Assembly: GCA_964537475.1 (NCBI GenBank)
Contig: CAZIBY010000001.1
Location: forward strand, 476,938 to 540,937
DNA: 64,000 nt
Source: an uncultured Chitinophagaceae bacterium
GTDB lineage: Bacteria > Bacteroidota > Bacteroidia > Chitinophagales > LD1
Reading direction: 5' to 3'
Shown in pieces: positions 1-8,982 of the stretch (positions are counted from its first letter, which is position 1; each line of letters begins with the position of its first letter). The position numbers were made by a program, and so were the translations under genes. The notes below the pieces were generated by a model. That model saw only the letters and a list, made by a program, of their open reading frames with translations. It searched no databases and was not told where the DNA came from.

Positions 1-1064
1 ATAGGCGTCTTCAGCTCATGAGAGATGGTGGCTATAAAGTTCGTCTTGGCCGCATCCAGCTCCTGGAATCTGGTAATATTCCTCAGGATGATCACAGAGC
101 CTATATGCAGGCCGTCATTATCTATCTCCAGCTTCTCCTTTACAAAGTAGCTCTCCTTGTCATCTGCAAATATCTTGATGAATTTTTCCTGCTCATCCGT
201 CTGTAGCAGGGTACGAAGCAGGTCATTGTACACCGCCACATCAGCAGCATATTTCCCTATGATATCACTTTCATGCATGCCCAGTACACCCAGGGCTATG
301 GGATTGGCAAAGAGTACGTGGCCATGCTCATCCAGACCGATCACAGCGTCCTTGAAATTGCTGATGATAGCCTCTATTCGCTTCTTCTCGGTCATGAGCT
401 TCTTCAGGTTGCTATTCTCATAGGCATCGAGCCGCACGGCCATAGCATTAAATGCTTCCGCCACTTCACCAAATTCATCATGGGAGGTGAAATTCAAGCG
501 CGAGGAGTAATTTCTACCGGATATGTCTCTGATACCCCGCGTCAGCTCCTGTATCGGATCAGCTATCATGCCGGGAAAATTGATCACAAATGTAAAGCTG
601 ATCAGAAAACAGAGGGTGCCCAGGATAGTGATATATGCAAAGATACGCTTGGTCGTGTTAGTAGAGCTTTGATTTTTTCGCAATATAGCCTGCATATTCA
701 GGTCCTGGACTTCGAGTATTTTTTGCCGGAGTATAGACTCTGTCTGTTCGTCTCTGTGGCCTCTCCTATATTTCTCAAAGAGCTGACGCGCCTCTATCGC
801 TATATCCTTCTCTCCTACCTCCGTGATATTATTCTCCTCAGCCACCAGATTCTTTTCAAACTTCTCTATGGCAAGGTCACTGTCGCCTTCGTCCAGCGCC
901 TGTATCATATTTTTAGTGTATTGTATACTCTCGTAGTTATCCTTCAGGATGGCAGAGCTGATGTCTGCCAGCCTGTTGATATAGAAGCTACCGGTGACCG
1001 CCAGCAGCAGGATCAGTGCCAGCAGGAAGAGCAGGCTCAGTCGTATCTTGGTTTTGATTTTCAT
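1..1064 (-). CDS. Sensor histidine kinase (TM-HAMP-PAS-HisKA), 3' end cut by window edge; kinase half of a split KdpD-type sensor
   Basis: Absent from the ORF track because it has no stop in the window. Minus-strand ATG at 1064..1062, 1 nt after the kdpD stop. My translation reads MKIKTKIRLSLLFLLALILLLAVTG... PIQELTRGIRDISGRNYSSRL (HAMP-like) ... IEAIISNFKDAVIGLDEHGHVLFANP (PAS-like) ... AKTNFIATISHELKTP (H-box). The frame stays open to position 1. Confidence 0.85.
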   Translation of the reverse strand, partial: MKIKTKIRLSLLFLLALILLLAVTGSFYINRLADISSAILKDNYESIQYTKNMIQALDEGDSDLAIEKFEKNLVAEENNITEVGEKDIAIEARQLFEKYRRGHRDEQTESILRQKILEVQDLNMQAILRKNQSSTNTTKRIFAYITILGTLCFLISFTFVINFPGMIADPIQELTRGIRDISGRNYSSRLNFTSHDEFGEVAEAFNAMAVRLDAYENSNLKKLMTEKKRIEAIISNFKDAVIGLDEHGHVLFANPIALGVLGMHESDIIGKYAADVAVYNDLLRTLLQTDEQEKFIKIFADDKESYFVKEKLEIDNDGLHIGSVIILRNITRFQELDAAKTNFIATISHELKTP

Positions 1065-1065
1065 A

Positions 1066-2202
1066 TCAGCAGAGTATTATGATGTCTATGTCTGATGAGG
1101 ATAGTTTCTTCAGCAGTTGATTAAAGATAGCAGTGCTCAGGATCACCTTCATCAGGTCGAGGTGCGGCTTTCCTACGCAGATCGTCGTCACTTTTCGCTC
1201 TTCCGCTATACGCACGATGCTATTGGCCACGCTATCATCTTTGATATTCAAAACCTCTGCGCCCAGCTCTGTAGCCAGTTTGAAGTTATTGATCAGGTGG
1301 CGCTGGCTGGCCAATGGTATTTTGTCTGAATCCTCTTTAGGTGTCTGCACATACAGCACCAGCCACTCTGAGGCATAGAAGGCCGCAAGGCGCGCAGTCT
1401 TGCGTATGATCTTGCGGGCCGTTTCATGATTGCTGCTGATACACGCCAGAAAGCGCTCCGGGCGCAGCGCCATGCCGGCAGGCAGTTCAGACTCGATTTT
1501 GCGCTCTACCTGCGAGGCTACCTCGCGCAGTGCCAGCTCACGCAGTTGTAGCAGCTTATCAGATTTGAAAAAATTCTTGAGCGCAGATTCGATCTTACTC
1601 TGGTGGTATATCTTGCCCTCTTGCAATCGGCGTATCAGCTCCTCCGCTGTCAGGTCTATGTTTACTACCTCATCTGCCATGCGTATCACTGAGTCCGGCA
1701 CACGCTCTTTGATAGGCACGCCGGTTATCTTTTCTATCTCGCCATTCAGACTCTCTATGTGCTGGATATTCATAGCGCTAATCACGTTGATACCTGCATC
1801 CAGCAGCCCTACTACATCCTGCCAGCGCTTCTCATTCTTGCTGCCTTCTATATTGGTATGGGCCAGTTCGTCTACTATCGTCACCTCGGGCCGCGCATTC
1901 AGCACTGCCTGCAGGTCCATCTCCTCTAGTTGCTTTCCTTTGTAGAATACCTTCCGCCGTGGTATCACCGGCAGGTCTCCCAGCAGCGCATGCGTTTCCT
2001 CCCTGTTGTGCGTCTCTATGTAGCCTATCCTGACATCTACATGACGGGCACGCAGCGCATGGGCCTCCTGCAGCATGCGGTAGGTCTTGCCCACACCTGC
2101 ACTCATGCCGATGTATATCTTGAACTTACCACGCTTTGACTGCTGTATCAGCTCAAGAAAGTGCTCTGCCTGTTTGTCATTATCTGCCATGACCTCTCCC
2201 AT
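1066..2202 (-). CDS. kdpD: KdpD N-terminal potassium-sensor domain plus Usp domain (no kinase domains)
   Basis: FKIYIGMSAGVGKTYRM P-loop, VDELAHTN and INVISAMNIQHIESL are typical of the KdpD N-terminal domain, and the C-terminal half is Usp-like. An alternative ATG at 2190 (MADNDKQ) is possible because 2199-2245 is a repeat element. Confidence 0.9.
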   Translation of the reverse strand: MGEVMADNDKQAEHFLELIQQSKRGKFKIYIGMSAGVGKTYRMLQEAHALRARHVDVRIGYIETHNREETHALLGDLPVIPRRKVFYKGKQLEEMDLQAVLNARPEVTIVDELAHTNIEGSKNEKRWQDVVGLLDAGINVISAMNIQHIESLNGEIEKITGVPIKERVPDSVIRMADEVVNIDLTAEELIRRLQEGKIYHQSKIESALKNFFKSDKLLQLRELALREVASQVERKIESELPAGMALRPERFLACISSNHETARKIIRKTARLAAFYASEWLVLYVQTPKEDSDKIPLASQRHLINNFKLATELGAEVLNIKDDSVANSIVRIAEERKVTTICVGKPHLDLMKVILSTAIFNQLLKKLSSSDIDIIILC

Positions 2203-2245
2203 CTGCCTTCGGCATCTTCCCTCCCCGGGTGAGAGGCAAGAACCT
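2201..2245. repeat. Intergenic hairpin repeat, copy 1 (atctgccttcggcatcttccctcc...gagaggcaagaacct)
   Basis: Shares tctgccttcggcatctt(t/c)cctc...aagaacct with 8833-8880. Contains the tgcc-ttc-ggca mini-hairpin plus a longer imperfect palindrome. Confidence 0.7.
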
Positions 2246-2285
2246 ATTTTGTGATATGCAGCCTTGTTTGTTATACAAAGTTACT

Positions 2286-3764
2286 CTAAAAACGAACCAT
2301 CATGGCGGCTATGAAGCGCGTCTCATGTTTCACCAGATCCGGTGTCCAGCCCGACGGTATAGGTGTGCCATTATAGCCGTCAGGAGAGGTCACACCGCCG
2401 TGACCGGCAAAGTACGGCTGCGCAGACTCCCTGTGCACCGCCTGTATCGTAAACGTGAAAAAGTCATTGGGCATCCAGCTCAGGCTTGTACTCATATCCC
2501 ATGCGTCGAATGGATCTCCGGGATTGGCGCTGTAAGGATGTGTACCGATGGTGGTGCCGGTAGCAGGGTTGATATTCGGGTCAGCATCACCGCTAGGATA
2601 TAGCACCAGGTAGCGGCCCGGATTGTGCATCATGCCACCACCTATGCACCAGGAGAAATGATTCTTGTCAAACCAAAGGTTGTGATAAGCCATCCAGCAG
2701 AGGAAGTTTGACTGCTGGCCAGGATTGACACCAGCACCAAAGCCACCGAGGCCACCGCCTGTCTGGAAACCCAGATCGCCTGTCACAGAGATCGCACTAC
2801 GGCTCACACCTTTGCTCTCAGGCCTGTTATAAAACCTTACCAGAAAACTATTGTCACTGTGGAATCGGAAGCACTTCGGATTATTAGCTACGTCTGCACC
2901 AAAGTAGTTGTTTGACACAAAACGCAGGTATTCCTTTGGGCTCCAGGTAGTCTGCGAACCGAGGCCCGGCATACTATTGAACTTGCCATAGGTTTGCCAG
3001 CCATTGATGATCCATATCTCCTGCTTCAGATTGCGCGTGGGGAATAGCTGGATGCGCACACCATTAAAGAACCAGGGTGTATTATCAGAGGTAAAGGAAG
3101 GCTGATAGGTCCAGTTCTCACAGTTGTAGTAGGAGAATAGGCCTACGTAAGACATAAAGATACCTGCATCCACATTGATGCCGTGCATCTTATTGAAATG
3201 GTAGCCTGCGTACGCTTCGCTGAAATAGCGATAGGCATTATTGAGCTGATAACCTCCCCGGTTTGAGCTGGCATCGTTTCGAGGCACTACAGTAGAGCGG
3301 GTACCGAGCTGTAGCTGTATTTTGGCACGCACATTCTTATAGTTAAACTCGCCGCCCAGAGACGCGAGCGAGACCTCCACCTCATTATTCCGCGCCAGCG
3401 CAGTAGAGCCTATCACGGTATTGTCTATCGGGTGTGCCAGAGAGGCGGTATAGTTCACATCTACCATTACTATGGGAGTGAAATACTTTGTGGCAAATGG
3501 CGCCTCGTGCCTGCGATCATTACCATTCAGCCAGGTCAGATCATATTGTGCAAATGGCTCTCCGGTTGCGCTGGTATCGATTGGCTTGGGGTGCTTTTTC
3601 TTATCCAGAAAGGCATCGAGGAAGCGCTGACCTACCTCTTTTGCCTGCGCCTTGGTGCCCGATGTATTGGATACTGTAGTGGTTTGAGTATTGACGTAGG
3701 TATCCTGAGCAAATGCATGACTGCACATACCCAGAAACAGTAAGGGTAAAAACCTCCTTTTCAT
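2286..3764 (-). CDS. Outer-membrane porin-like beta-barrel protein encoded inside the kdp locus
   Basis: Signal peptide MKRRFLPLLFLGMCSHAFAQ, a sequence rich in alternating aromatic/Gly/Asn residues, and a C-terminal ...MMVRF ending in Phe. It lies between kdpC and kdpD, an arrangement I recall for Bacteroidota kdp loci. Confidence 0.7.
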   Translation of the reverse strand: MKRRFLPLLFLGMCSHAFAQDTYVNTQTTTVSNTSGTKAQAKEVGQRFLDAFLDKKKHPKPIDTSATGEPFAQYDLTWLNGNDRRHEAPFATKYFTPIVMVDVNYTASLAHPIDNTVIGSTALARNNEVEVSLASLGGEFNYKNVRAKIQLQLGTRSTVVPRNDASSNRGGYQLNNAYRYFSEAYAGYHFNKMHGINVDAGIFMSYVGLFSYYNCENWTYQPSFTSDNTPWFFNGVRIQLFPTRNLKQEIWIINGWQTYGKFNSMPGLGSQTTWSPKEYLRFVSNNYFGADVANNPKCFRFHSDNSFLVRFYNRPESKGVSRSAISVTGDLGFQTGGGLGGFGAGVNPGQQSNFLCWMAYHNLWFDKNHFSWCIGGGMMHNPGRYLVLYPSGDADPNINPATGTTIGTHPYSANPGDPFDAWDMSTSLSWMPNDFFTFTIQAVHRESAQPYFAGHGGVTSPDGYNGTPIPSGWTPDLVKHETRFIAAMMVRF

Positions 3765-3770
3765 ATTTGA

Positions 3771-4334
3771 CTATTTAGTGTGATCAAGGGAAATATTAAG
3801 TTGCAGAACATTGACTTTAGATGGTCCGAAGAGACCGAATAAAGACCCCTGTATATGCTGTGCTACGAGTGCTTTCAAGTTGTCTTCGGAGATGCCTCTG
3901 ACCTTGGCGATACGAGGCACCTGTACATATGCCGCCTCCGGCGAAATATCGGGATCGAGTCCACTCCCCGAGGCCGTGACCAGCTCTACGGGTATATCAG
4001 CTCTTTTCACAGCAGGGTTCTTGATAAGAAAGGTATCAATGGCAGCCTGCACGGAGGCGAGGTATTCAGGATTAGTAGGACCTTTGTTAGACCCACCTGA
4101 TCCGGCAGCATTGTAGCCCACAGCAGAGGGGCGGCCATTGAAATATTTGTCCTGCGTGAAGGACTGGCCTATCAGCGCATAGCCTACGGCCTTGCCATTT
4201 ACCTCTACGGTGTCGCCTTTGCCATGCGATGGAGTGAAGTATGCAATGCCCCAGATAAAAGCCGGATACACTACGCAGCATACTACCAGTAAAACTACTG
4301 TGAGCCGGATGGCCGAAAAAATATGAGACTTCAT
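3771..4334 (-). CDS. kdpC: Potassium-transporting ATPase subunit C
   Basis: Single N-terminal TM helix and the signature TASGSGLDPDISPEAA. Located immediately downstream of kdpB. Confidence 0.92.
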   Translation of the reverse strand: MKSHIFSAIRLTVVLLVVCCVVYPAFIWGIAYFTPSHGKGDTVEVNGKAVGYALIGQSFTQDKYFNGRPSAVGYNAAGSGGSNKGPTNPEYLASVQAAIDTFLIKNPAVKRADIPVELVTASGSGLDPDISPEAAYVQVPRIAKVRGISEDNLKALVAQHIQGSLFGLFGPSKVNVLQLNISLDHTK

Positions 4335-4340
4335 GATCGA

Positions 4341-6389
4341 TCAATAAAAGAGTGAAACAATAAGGTCTATAAGCTTAATACCAATGAATGGTACAATGAC
4401 CCCTCCCAGTCCGTATATCAGAAGGTTGCGGCGCAAGAGGGCGCTGGCGCCTATCGGCTTGTACTGCACACCACGCAGGGCCAGTGGTATCAGCGCAGGG
4501 ATGATGATTGCATTGAAGATGACCGCCGAGAGGATAGCAGTCTCCGGTGAGTGGAGGCGCATAATGTTCATACTTTGCAAGGCTGGTATCGATGCAATAA
4601 AAAGCGCCGGTACGATGGCAAAATATTTGGCCACATCATTGGCTATGGAGAAAGTGGTCAGCGTACCACGCGTCATCAGTAGTTGCTTGCCTATCTCCAC
4701 GATCTCTATGAGCTTGGTAGGATCATTGTCCAGGTCCACCATGTTGCCCGCTTCTTTGGCCGCCTGTGTGCCGCTATTCATCGCTACGCCTACATCTGCC
4801 TGCGCCAGTGCGGGTGCATCATTGGTGCCATCGCCCATCATGGCTACGAGCTTGCCCTGCTGCTGCTCGCGGCGGATATAGTTCATTTTGTCCTCCGGCT
4901 TTGCCTCCGCTATGAAGTCATCCACACCGGCCTTCTCTGCTATAAATTTTGCCGTGAGCGGATTATCGCCCGTCACCATGACGGTCTTGACGCCCATCCT
5001 GCGTAGGCGCTCAAAGCGCTCACTGATGCCGGGCTTGATGATGTCTTGCAACTCTATCACGCCGACCACTTTCTCATCTTGAGAGACCACCAGTGGTGTG
5101 CCTCCATTGGAGGATATGATCCTCACCCTGTCTGCTGTCTCGTCAGGAAATTTTTTACCTGCATTCTCCGTCAGCCTTTTGATCGCGTCATAGGCACCTT
5201 TGCGGATACGTCTGCCATGAGGCAGATCTACACCACTGCAGCGCGTCTCAGCAGTGAACTTGATCATGGTAGCGCCGGCGATAGACAATCGCTGTGTAGC
5301 ATCCCTGCCAGCCAGCTCTACTATAGATTTACCCTCCGGCGTATCATCTGCCAGAGATGAGAGTGCACATATTTCTATAAAGCTCTTTTCTTCTATATCA
5401 TTTGCCGGCCAGAAGCTGGTAGCCTTGCGGTTGCCTATCGTGATGGTGCCGGTCTTATCCAGCAGCAGCGTATCTACATCGCCGGCGGTCTCTACGGCTT
5501 TGCCGGACTTGGTGATCACATTGGCGCGAAGCGCACGGTCCATACCTGCTATGCCGATGGCAGAAAGCAGGCCACCGATAGTAGTGGGTATCAGGCATAC
5601 AAAGAGCGAGATGTAAGCCGCGATGGTGATAGGCGTGTGCGCATACTGCGCAAAAGGCTGCAAGGTCACGCACACGATCACAAAGACCAGCGTAAAGCCT
5701 GCCAGCAAGATGGTCAGAGCGATCTCATTGGGCGTCTTTTGCCGCGATGCTCCCTCCACGAGTGCGATCATCTTGTCGAGAAATGATTCTCCCGCCTCTG
5801 TCGTCACCTGTACCTTGATGCGGTCTGAGAGGACTTTGGTGCCACCTGTCACGCTTGATTTATCGCCACCGGCCTCGCGGATCACGGGGGCAGACTCGCC
5901 TGTGATGGCGCTCTCATCTATCGTCGCGAGACCCTCTATGATCTCGCCGTCAGTAGGTATGATGTCTCCTGACTCGCAGAGGAAAACATCCCCCTTTCGC
6001 AGTTGCGAAGACATGACTGCTGTAGTGGTCATGCTAAAGCCGGGCTTGTTATCCACCACCACCTTTGCCTGGGTTTCTTCACGGGTCTTGCGCAGAGAGT
6101 CGGCTTGTGCTTTGCCACGCGCCTCAGCTATCGCTTCGGCAAAGTTTGCGAATAGCAAGGTGAGAAAGAGGATCACAAAGACCACGAGATTATAGATAAA
6201 AGAGCCTTGCGTTTTATCTCCTGAGATCAGTGTGTACAGCGTCACGATGAGCATGACCAAGGTGCCCAGCTCTACGGTAAACATGACCGGGTTGCGGTAC
6301 ATGCTGCGTGGATCTAGCTTGACAAAACTCTGGCCCAGTGCCTCGCGCATCATGTCTGATTGAAATAAAGATGTATTCTGAGATTTCAT
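4341..6389 (-). CDS. kdpB: Potassium-transporting P-type ATPase subunit B
   Basis: Phosphorylation motif [13 protein letters not shown], plus [10 protein letters not shown] and [18 protein letters not shown]. Confidence 0.97.
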   Translation of the reverse strand: MKSQNTSLFQSDMMREALGQSFVKLDPRSMYRNPVMFTVELGTLVMLIVTLYTLISGDKTQGSFIYNLVVFVILFLTLLFANFAEAIAEARGKAQADSLRKTREETQAKVVVDNKPGFSMTTTAVMSSQLRKGDVFLCESGDIIPTDGEIIEGLATIDESAITGESAPVIREAGGDKSSVTGGTKVLSDRIKVQVTTEAGESFLDKMIALVEGASRQKTPNEIALTILLAGFTLVFVIVCVTLQPFAQYAHTPITIAAYISLFVCLIPTTIGGLLSAIGIAGMDRALRANVITKSGKAVETAGDVDTLLLDKTGTITIGNRKATSFWPANDIEEKSFIEICALSSLADDTPEGKSIVELAGRDATQRLSIAGATMIKFTAETRCSGVDLPHGRRIRKGAYDAIKRLTENAGKKFPDETADRVRIISSNGGTPLVVSQDEKVVGVIELQDIIKPGISERFERLRRMGVKTVMVTGDNPLTAKFIAEKAGVDDFIAEAKPEDKMNYIRREQQQGKLVAMMGDGTNDAPALAQADVGVAMNSGTQAAKEAGNMVDLDNDPTKLIEIVEIGKQLLMTRGTLTTFSIANDVAKYFAIVPALFIASIPALQSMNIMRLHSPETAILSAVIFNAIIIPALIPLALRGVQYKPIGASALLRRNLLIYGLGGVIVPFIGIKLIDLIVSLFY

Positions 6390-6401
6390 GAGTAGTCAGT
6401 C

Positions 6402-8123
6402 TTAGTGCATGGAGAAATGCTCGGCTATCGGCCCGAGTGCCAGTGAGGGAAAGAACGCCAGCGCAGCGATGATGAAGATGACGCCAAAGACCATGAGGCC
6501 AAAGGTGGCAGTATCTGTCTGTAGCGTGCCTGCGCTCTCGGGTATGTATTTCTTCCTGGCTAGTATACCTGCTATGGCCACAGGGCCGATGATAGGCAGG
6601 TAGCGCCCGAGTATTATCACGATACCGGCTGTGATATTCCAGAAGGGATTATTGTCACTGAGTCCTTCAAAGCCGCTGCCGTTATTGGCGGCACCGGAGG
6701 TGTACTGATAGAGCATCTGCGAGAAGCCGTGATAGCCGCCATTGCTGAGCCATGTAGAGGCCTTGCCGCTATACCACCAGCCCATAGCTGTATCATGTGC
6801 GGCAAAGTAAGACGACAGCGCCGTACCTACCAGTATCAGGAATGGATGCAGCAGTGCGACCAGTATCGCGATCTTCATCTCACGCGCCTCGATCTTCTTG
6901 CCCAGAAACTCTGGTGTACGGCCCACCATCAGGCCACTGATGAAGACAGCGATGATGACAAAGATGTAGAAGTTCAGGATGCCGACGCCTACACCACCAT
7001 AAAGGCAATTGACCATCATACCGAGCATCTGGTTCATACCGGAGAGAGGCATAAAGCTGTCGTGCATCGCATTGACTGAGCCGGTAGAGATCACCGTGGT
7101 GAGGATGCTCCAGTAGGCCGAGATGACTGCGCCAAATCGCACTTCCTTGCCCTCCATCGCGCCGCTGTGCATGTCTATGCCAATGTGGGTGATCATTGGA
7201 TTTCCTTTCACCTCCAGCATGATGGTCGGGATGGTGAGCAGCAGAAATCCGATGGTCATCACGCTGAAGATCATCACGGCGAGTTTTCTCCTTTTCAGAT
7301 AATAACCCAGTGCAAATACCAGCGCCATAGGCAGCAGCGACTGCGCCATCAGTTCTATAATGCAGGTGAGGTAGTTAGGATTTTCAAATGGATGCGCACT
7401 ATTGGCGCCGAAGAAGCCACCACCATTCGTACCGATATGTTTGATAGGGACAAAGGCCGCCACAGGGCCGCGTGACACCTGCACAGTATCGCCTTGCAGG
7501 GTAGTGATGGTATCCTTGCCCTCCAAGGTCATCGGCATGCCATTCAGCAGGAAGATGACAGCTATGATCACACACAGCGGCAGCAGTATGCGCGTAATAG
7601 TTTTGACGAAGTAGTTGTAGAAATTTCCCAGCTTATCCGTCGTGCGCTCCTTCATAGCTGTGAAGACCACTGCTAATGCAGCAACACCGGTAGCAGCTGA
7701 TACGAACTGTAGAAACATCAGCACGCCTATCTGTGTAAAGTATGACACACCAGTCTCTCCACTGTAGTCTTGCAGGTTGCAATTCACAAGGAAACTAATA
7801 GCAGTATTGAATGCCAGGTCCGGCGACATGGAGGGGTTGTGGTCGGGATTGAGCGGTAGCGAACCCTGTATTATCAGTATCACTATCGCGTAGAGAAACC
7901 AGACGAAGTTGATCGTGAGCAGGGCGAGGAGGTTTTCTTTCCAGTCCATCTCGCGTGTGGCATCTATACCGCTAACGCTGAAGAAGAACCGCTCTGCAGG
8001 CGCAAGGAAATCCAGCATGGTCCGCTCACCGGCGAAGACCTTTGCGATATACTTTCCCAGCGGGATAGCGAGTAAAACGGTAGCGATGAAAGTGGCTACC
8101 ACACCTATGATCTCAGTAGGCAT
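6402..8123 (-). CDS. kdpA: Potassium-transporting ATPase subunit A
   Basis: A 573-aa polytopic membrane protein with typical KdpA segments (IGTNGGGFFGANSAHPFENP, NNGSGFEG). Located directly upstream of kdpB. Confidence 0.97.
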   Translation of the reverse strand: MPTEIIGVVATFIATVLLAIPLGKYIAKVFAGERTMLDFLAPAERFFFSVSGIDATREMDWKENLLALLTINFVWFLYAIVILIIQGSLPLNPDHNPSMSPDLAFNTAISFLVNCNLQDYSGETGVSYFTQIGVLMFLQFVSAATGVAALAVVFTAMKERTTDKLGNFYNYFVKTITRILLPLCVIIAVIFLLNGMPMTLEGKDTITTLQGDTVQVSRGPVAAFVPIKHIGTNGGGFFGANSAHPFENPNYLTCIIELMAQSLLPMALVFALGYYLKRRKLAVMIFSVMTIGFLLLTIPTIMLEVKGNPMITHIGIDMHSGAMEGKEVRFGAVISAYWSILTTVISTGSVNAMHDSFMPLSGMNQMLGMMVNCLYGGVGVGILNFYIFVIIAVFISGLMVGRTPEFLGKKIEAREMKIAILVALLHPFLILVGTALSSYFAAHDTAMGWWYSGKASTWLSNGGYHGFSQMLYQYTSGAANNGSGFEGLSDNNPFWNITAGIVIILGRYLPIIGPVAIAGILARKKYIPESAGTLQTDTATFGLMVFGVIFIIAALAFFPSLALGPIAEHFSMH

Positions 8124-8127
8124 AGCG

Positions 8128-8205
8128 TCAGAATTTTTCGGGTTTCAGCAGAACATAGATGAGGTACCCAAATACGAAAAGAGAGAGGACCAATAAGGCT
8201 GCCAT
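8128..8205 (-). CDS. kdpF: KdpF-like 25-aa membrane peptide
   Basis: Hand-translated as MAALLVLSLFVFGYLIYVLLKPEKF. The hydrophobic helix ending LLKPEKF is typical of KdpF. Its stop lies 4 nt before the kdpA ATG. Confidence 0.7.
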   Translation of the reverse strand: MAALLVLSLFVFGYLIYVLLKPEKF

Positions 8206-8208
8206 CTG

Positions 8209-8292
8209 TCAGATTTGATCAAAGAATGAAATGGAGCGGTAGAAGACCGCAAAGCAGGCCACACCGGCCAGTATGAGGAGAGCGGCTACCAT
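8209..8292 (-). CDS. Possible second 27-aa hydrophobic micro-ORF upstream of kdpF
   Basis: Hand-translated as MVAALLILAGVACFAVFYRSISFFDQI. It is tightly packed between the stop of the 8296 ORF and the kdpF ATG. No family was recognised. Confidence 0.3.
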   Translation of the reverse strand: MVAALLILAGVACFAVFYRSISFFDQI

Positions 8293-8295
8293 GGC

Positions 8296-8667
8296 TTATA
8301 CAGTTTTGGCGTAGAGCAGCTGATAGTACTCAGTACCAAAGTCTCGGATAAACTCGGTGCGCACCTCAGGCGTAGGCGCAAAGGAATGCTCCAGCAGGCG
8401 GCTCACAGGATCGATATAGAGATTGATCACGGCAAAGCGCACTGCCTGCGAGCCCTCTGCCAGCAGCCCGTGTGCCGCATGGAAGCAGCGCAGCACCTCA
8501 TCAGTTCGGTGGCCCGCCAGCATATCCTTGGTATGTGCCGCGAGGCAGGAGATACTTTTGAAAATTTCGCTGCGGTCATCTATGAGCTGTAGCTCACGTG
8601 CTATAGCAGGTACCTCAGCAGAGAGGGAGGTGCGGACGTCATGGTCGGTGATCATATTGTTTGACAT
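8296..8667 (-). CDS. Hypothetical soluble protein, first gene of the kdp transcription unit
   Basis: The ORF track starts it at a GTG (8694). The first ATG gives MSNNMITDHD... at 8667. No domain was recognised. Confidence 0.5.
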   Translation of the reverse strand: MSNNMITDHDVRTSLSAEVPAIARELQLIDDRSEIFKSISCLAAHTKDMLAGHRTDEVLRCFHAAHGLLAEGSQAVRFAVINLYIDPVSRLLEHSFAPTPEVRTEFIRDFGTEYYQLLYAKTV

Positions 8668-8680
8668 TTGCACCGCTGTG

Positions 8681-8696
8681 GGCAAAGCAAACACCA
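8681..8696 (-). promoter_or_regulatory. Candidate sigma-54 (-24/-12) promoter for the kdp unit
   Basis: The minus strand reads TGGTGT-TTGCT-TTGCC, so the GG and GC elements have the canonical spacing of TGGCAC-N5-TTGC. The CAC of the -24 box is not conserved. A sigma-54-dependent activator is encoded just upstream. Confidence 0.25.
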
Positions 8697-8832
8697 GAAA
8701 AGCAGATGCACCAATAGTGTATTGATGTACAGTGTATTACACCTGCTATCGCAGAAAGATCCTGACGCAAAATCACACTAAAGCCTTTAAAAATGAGAAG
8801 GTCAGATTCTCAAAATGAGAGGGTCAGCTCAC

Positions 8833-8880
8833 CTATCTGCCTTCGGCATCTTTCCTCTCCTGAAGGCGAGGAAAGAACCT
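8833..8880. repeat. Intergenic hairpin repeat, copy 2 (ctatctgccttcggcatctttcctctcctgaaggcgaggaaagaacct)
   Basis: Homologous to 2201-2245. Contains the perfect 9-bp inverted repeat tctttcctc / gaggaaaga. Confidence 0.7.
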
Positions 8881-8930
8881 TCCGCTTCAAGATAGCTCGG
8901 TGTTTTATCAATTCACAGCAGGTTAGAGAA

Positions 8931-8969
8931 GGCTGTTAAAGTCTCCCCTTCAGGGGAGATTTAGAGGGG
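8931..8969. repeat. 38-nt hairpin repeat ggctgttaaagtctccccttcaggggagatttagagggg
   Basis: A near-identical copy lies at 55144-55179 in the same orientation. Stem tctcccc / ggggaga, loop ttca. Confidence 0.75.
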
Positions 8970-8982
8970 CATACATGAGGGG

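Noticed and set aside
273-1082. 269-aa plus-strand ORF, the longest ORF listed for the first kilobase
   Set aside because: It is antisense to a minus-strand frame with clear HAMP/PAS/H-box (SHELKTP) motifs that starts 1 nt after the kdpD stop. The plus-strand product has no recognisable features.
4087-4344. 85-aa minus-strand ORF overlapping kdpC in another frame, and similar overlapping ORFs within kdpA/kdpB
   Set aside because: They are shadow ORFs within well-supported genes, with no independent evidence.
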